From positions 1-37,196 of the forward strand of contig JAJEEZ010000645.1 of NCBI GenBank assembly GCA_022820705.1: a DNA stretch of 37,196 nucleotides, written 5' to 3'. The position numbers and the translations under genes are program-made. Below the pieces are notes generated by a model. It made no database searches and had not been told where the DNA came from. It saw only the letters and a program-made list of their open reading frames with translations. The DNA is from Candidatus Latescibacterota bacterium. GTDB taxonomy: Bacteria; Latescibacterota; UBA2968; UBA8231. Every line of letters starts with the position of its first letter. Position 1 is the first letter of the stretch. Shown piece after piece: positions 36,131-37,196 of this stretch.

Positions 36131-36988
36131 ATGACTTTGACCAAAGAACAGAAAAACCAATTTTTCCAAGACGGCTATATCGTCGTCAAAGGACTGCTGA
36201 CCACGGACGAACTCGAGACCCTGCGCAACCACTACGCCGACCTTGCGCTCGGTCGCGTCCCCGACTACCCGGAAGGCAACATCTCTCACCACCCTCCGGG
36301 AACGGCTCAAGCCGCAGAACCGCCCACACCGCACGGAAGCCGACATGACCGACGCGGCACTCAGGTTTACCCGCAAGGGGAAGTAACCGCCCCAGCAGAT
36401 CGCACGCCGGTTGCGGACCCGCTGGATACGGTAAGTCATCTCAACCTGCCTTCGTACCACCATTCGGTTTTCAATGCGTTTGTACGAAGCCCCAAAATCG
36501 TCGACATCATCGAATCCCTGATGGGGCCGGACATCAAGCTCTACTACGACCAGGTCTTCGCGAAGCCGCCATACGCCAAAGCGAATCGCTACCATCAGGA
36601 TTCCATTTTCTGGGCCTTCTTCGCGAGCAACTTCCAAGTCACATGCCAGGTCCTGCTCGACGATGCAACTGTCGAGAACGGTTGTGTGCGTTTCATCCCG
36701 GGCAGCCACCACTTCGGCCTCGTCAACTGGGACCATCTCCCCTACATGCTGACAGAGGATGTGCTCGCCCAAGAGGTCGCTGTTCCACTGAAGGCAGGTG
36801 ATGCGACCTTTCACCACAGCCTGGCACTCCATTGCAGCGGCCCGAATACAACGCCGTACCGGCGGCGAAGCTGGTCGATTCACTACGTCTCTTCGGACAC
36901 GCGTTACATCGGTACACCCGAAGAGACCGAACTCCTTAAACAGCGCGGTTGCCTTGTCGGGCCGGAACCTGTCAACGGCCGCCCCTGA
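36131..36988 (+). CDS. Phytanoyl-CoA dioxygenase (PhyH) family oxygenase
   Basis: N-terminal EQKNQFFQDGYIVVKGLL, HQD (HxD), FHHSLALHCSGPN. The segment at about residues 50-95 has odd composition. Confidence 0.75.
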   Translation: MTLTKEQKNQFFQDGYIVVKGLLTTDELETLRNHYADLALGRVPDYPEGNISHHPPGTAQAAEPPTPHGSRHDRRGTQVYPQGEVTAPADRTPVADPLDTVSHLNLPSYHHSVFNAFVRSPKIVDIIESLMGPDIKLYYDQVFAKPPYAKANRYHQDSIFWAFFASNFQVTCQVLLDDATVENGCVRFIPGSHHFGLVNWDHLPYMLTEDVLAQEVAVPLKAGDATFHHSLALHCSGPNTTPYRRRSWSIHYVSSDTRYIGTPEETELLKQRGCLVGPEPVNGRP

Positions 36989-37196
36989 TCCGTGGGCGCG
37001 AGTTCCCAGGGTGTGTATAGTCGGACCGCAGCGGGATACTACAGGCCGGCTCCGGCACCAACCGCTTCCGGCTCTCTCCTACGAGAAGGTTGTCGAACGC
37101 GCCACGCCGACGATGCGCCGTATTTATGGGTTCGATTCCCAACCTCAGCCGCCGGATCAGCCTACGCGGTAAGTGCCTTTCGCTGATAAGGCTTTC

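Noticed and set aside
36280-36430. Possible compensating frameshifts in the second PhyH gene (odd segment HHPPGTAQAAEPPTPHGSRHDRRG; an alternative frame reads more protein-like for ~35 codons)
   Set aside because: The annotated frame is uninterrupted, while the alternative frame ends in TAA. Without an alignment to homologues I cannot distinguish a variable loop from sequencing errors.
37120-37155. tRNA/tmRNA-like T-arm motif GGGTTCGATTCCC followed by ACCTCAGCC
   Set aside because: I could not build the rest of a cloverleaf: there is no complementary 5' acceptor strand within ~75 nt upstream, the T stem is only 4 bp, and there is no CCA. It could be a tRNA 3' fragment (an old att scar) or chance, and I cannot support it here.

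Overview
GC-rich (roughly 63-67 % G+C by eye) chromosomal segment of a diderm bacterium. It is tightly packed with mostly minus-strand housekeeping genes (thrB, obg, dnaB, family-4 UDG, coaBC, cmk-type kinase, yicC, a dapF-like gene) and envelope genes (an Omp85-fusion operon, an OMP barrel, an RND pump, a DMT transporter). Three visibly AT-richer patches interrupt this backbone, and all carry conflict-system cargo. (i) 7.35-8.72 kb: a toxin-first PIN module whose downstream partner is an antitoxin-like N-terminus fused to about 215 extra residues. (ii) 21.45-24.93 kb, the main candidate: an island without an integrase, carrying a C5-methyltransferase plus NotI-family endonuclease operon. Convergent to that operon is a TIGR02391 (Hypoth_Ymh)-domain gene that, across a 1-nt frameshift in an A6 run, continues into a 260-aa uncharacterised region. 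The island is bracketed by ~174-bp direct repeats that duplicate the bidirectional dapF-like/nucleosidase promoter region, so each island operon sits behind a copy of a host promoter. (iii) 28.7-29.1 kb: an orphan HigA-type antitoxin with a ~17-codon remnant of its killer gene. Several genes look disrupted: an M81/MlrC-like gene with two in-frame stops, an M48 peptidase with an in-frame TAG, an internally deleted nucleosidase copy, and the frameshifted TIGR02391 gene. Either genuine decay or assembly error must be considered. The dapF-like gene has Ser in place of both catalytic Cys. I found no rRNA, tRNA, CRISPR array, transposase or integrase. All family assignments come from motif recognition by eye and memory; no searches or computations were run.
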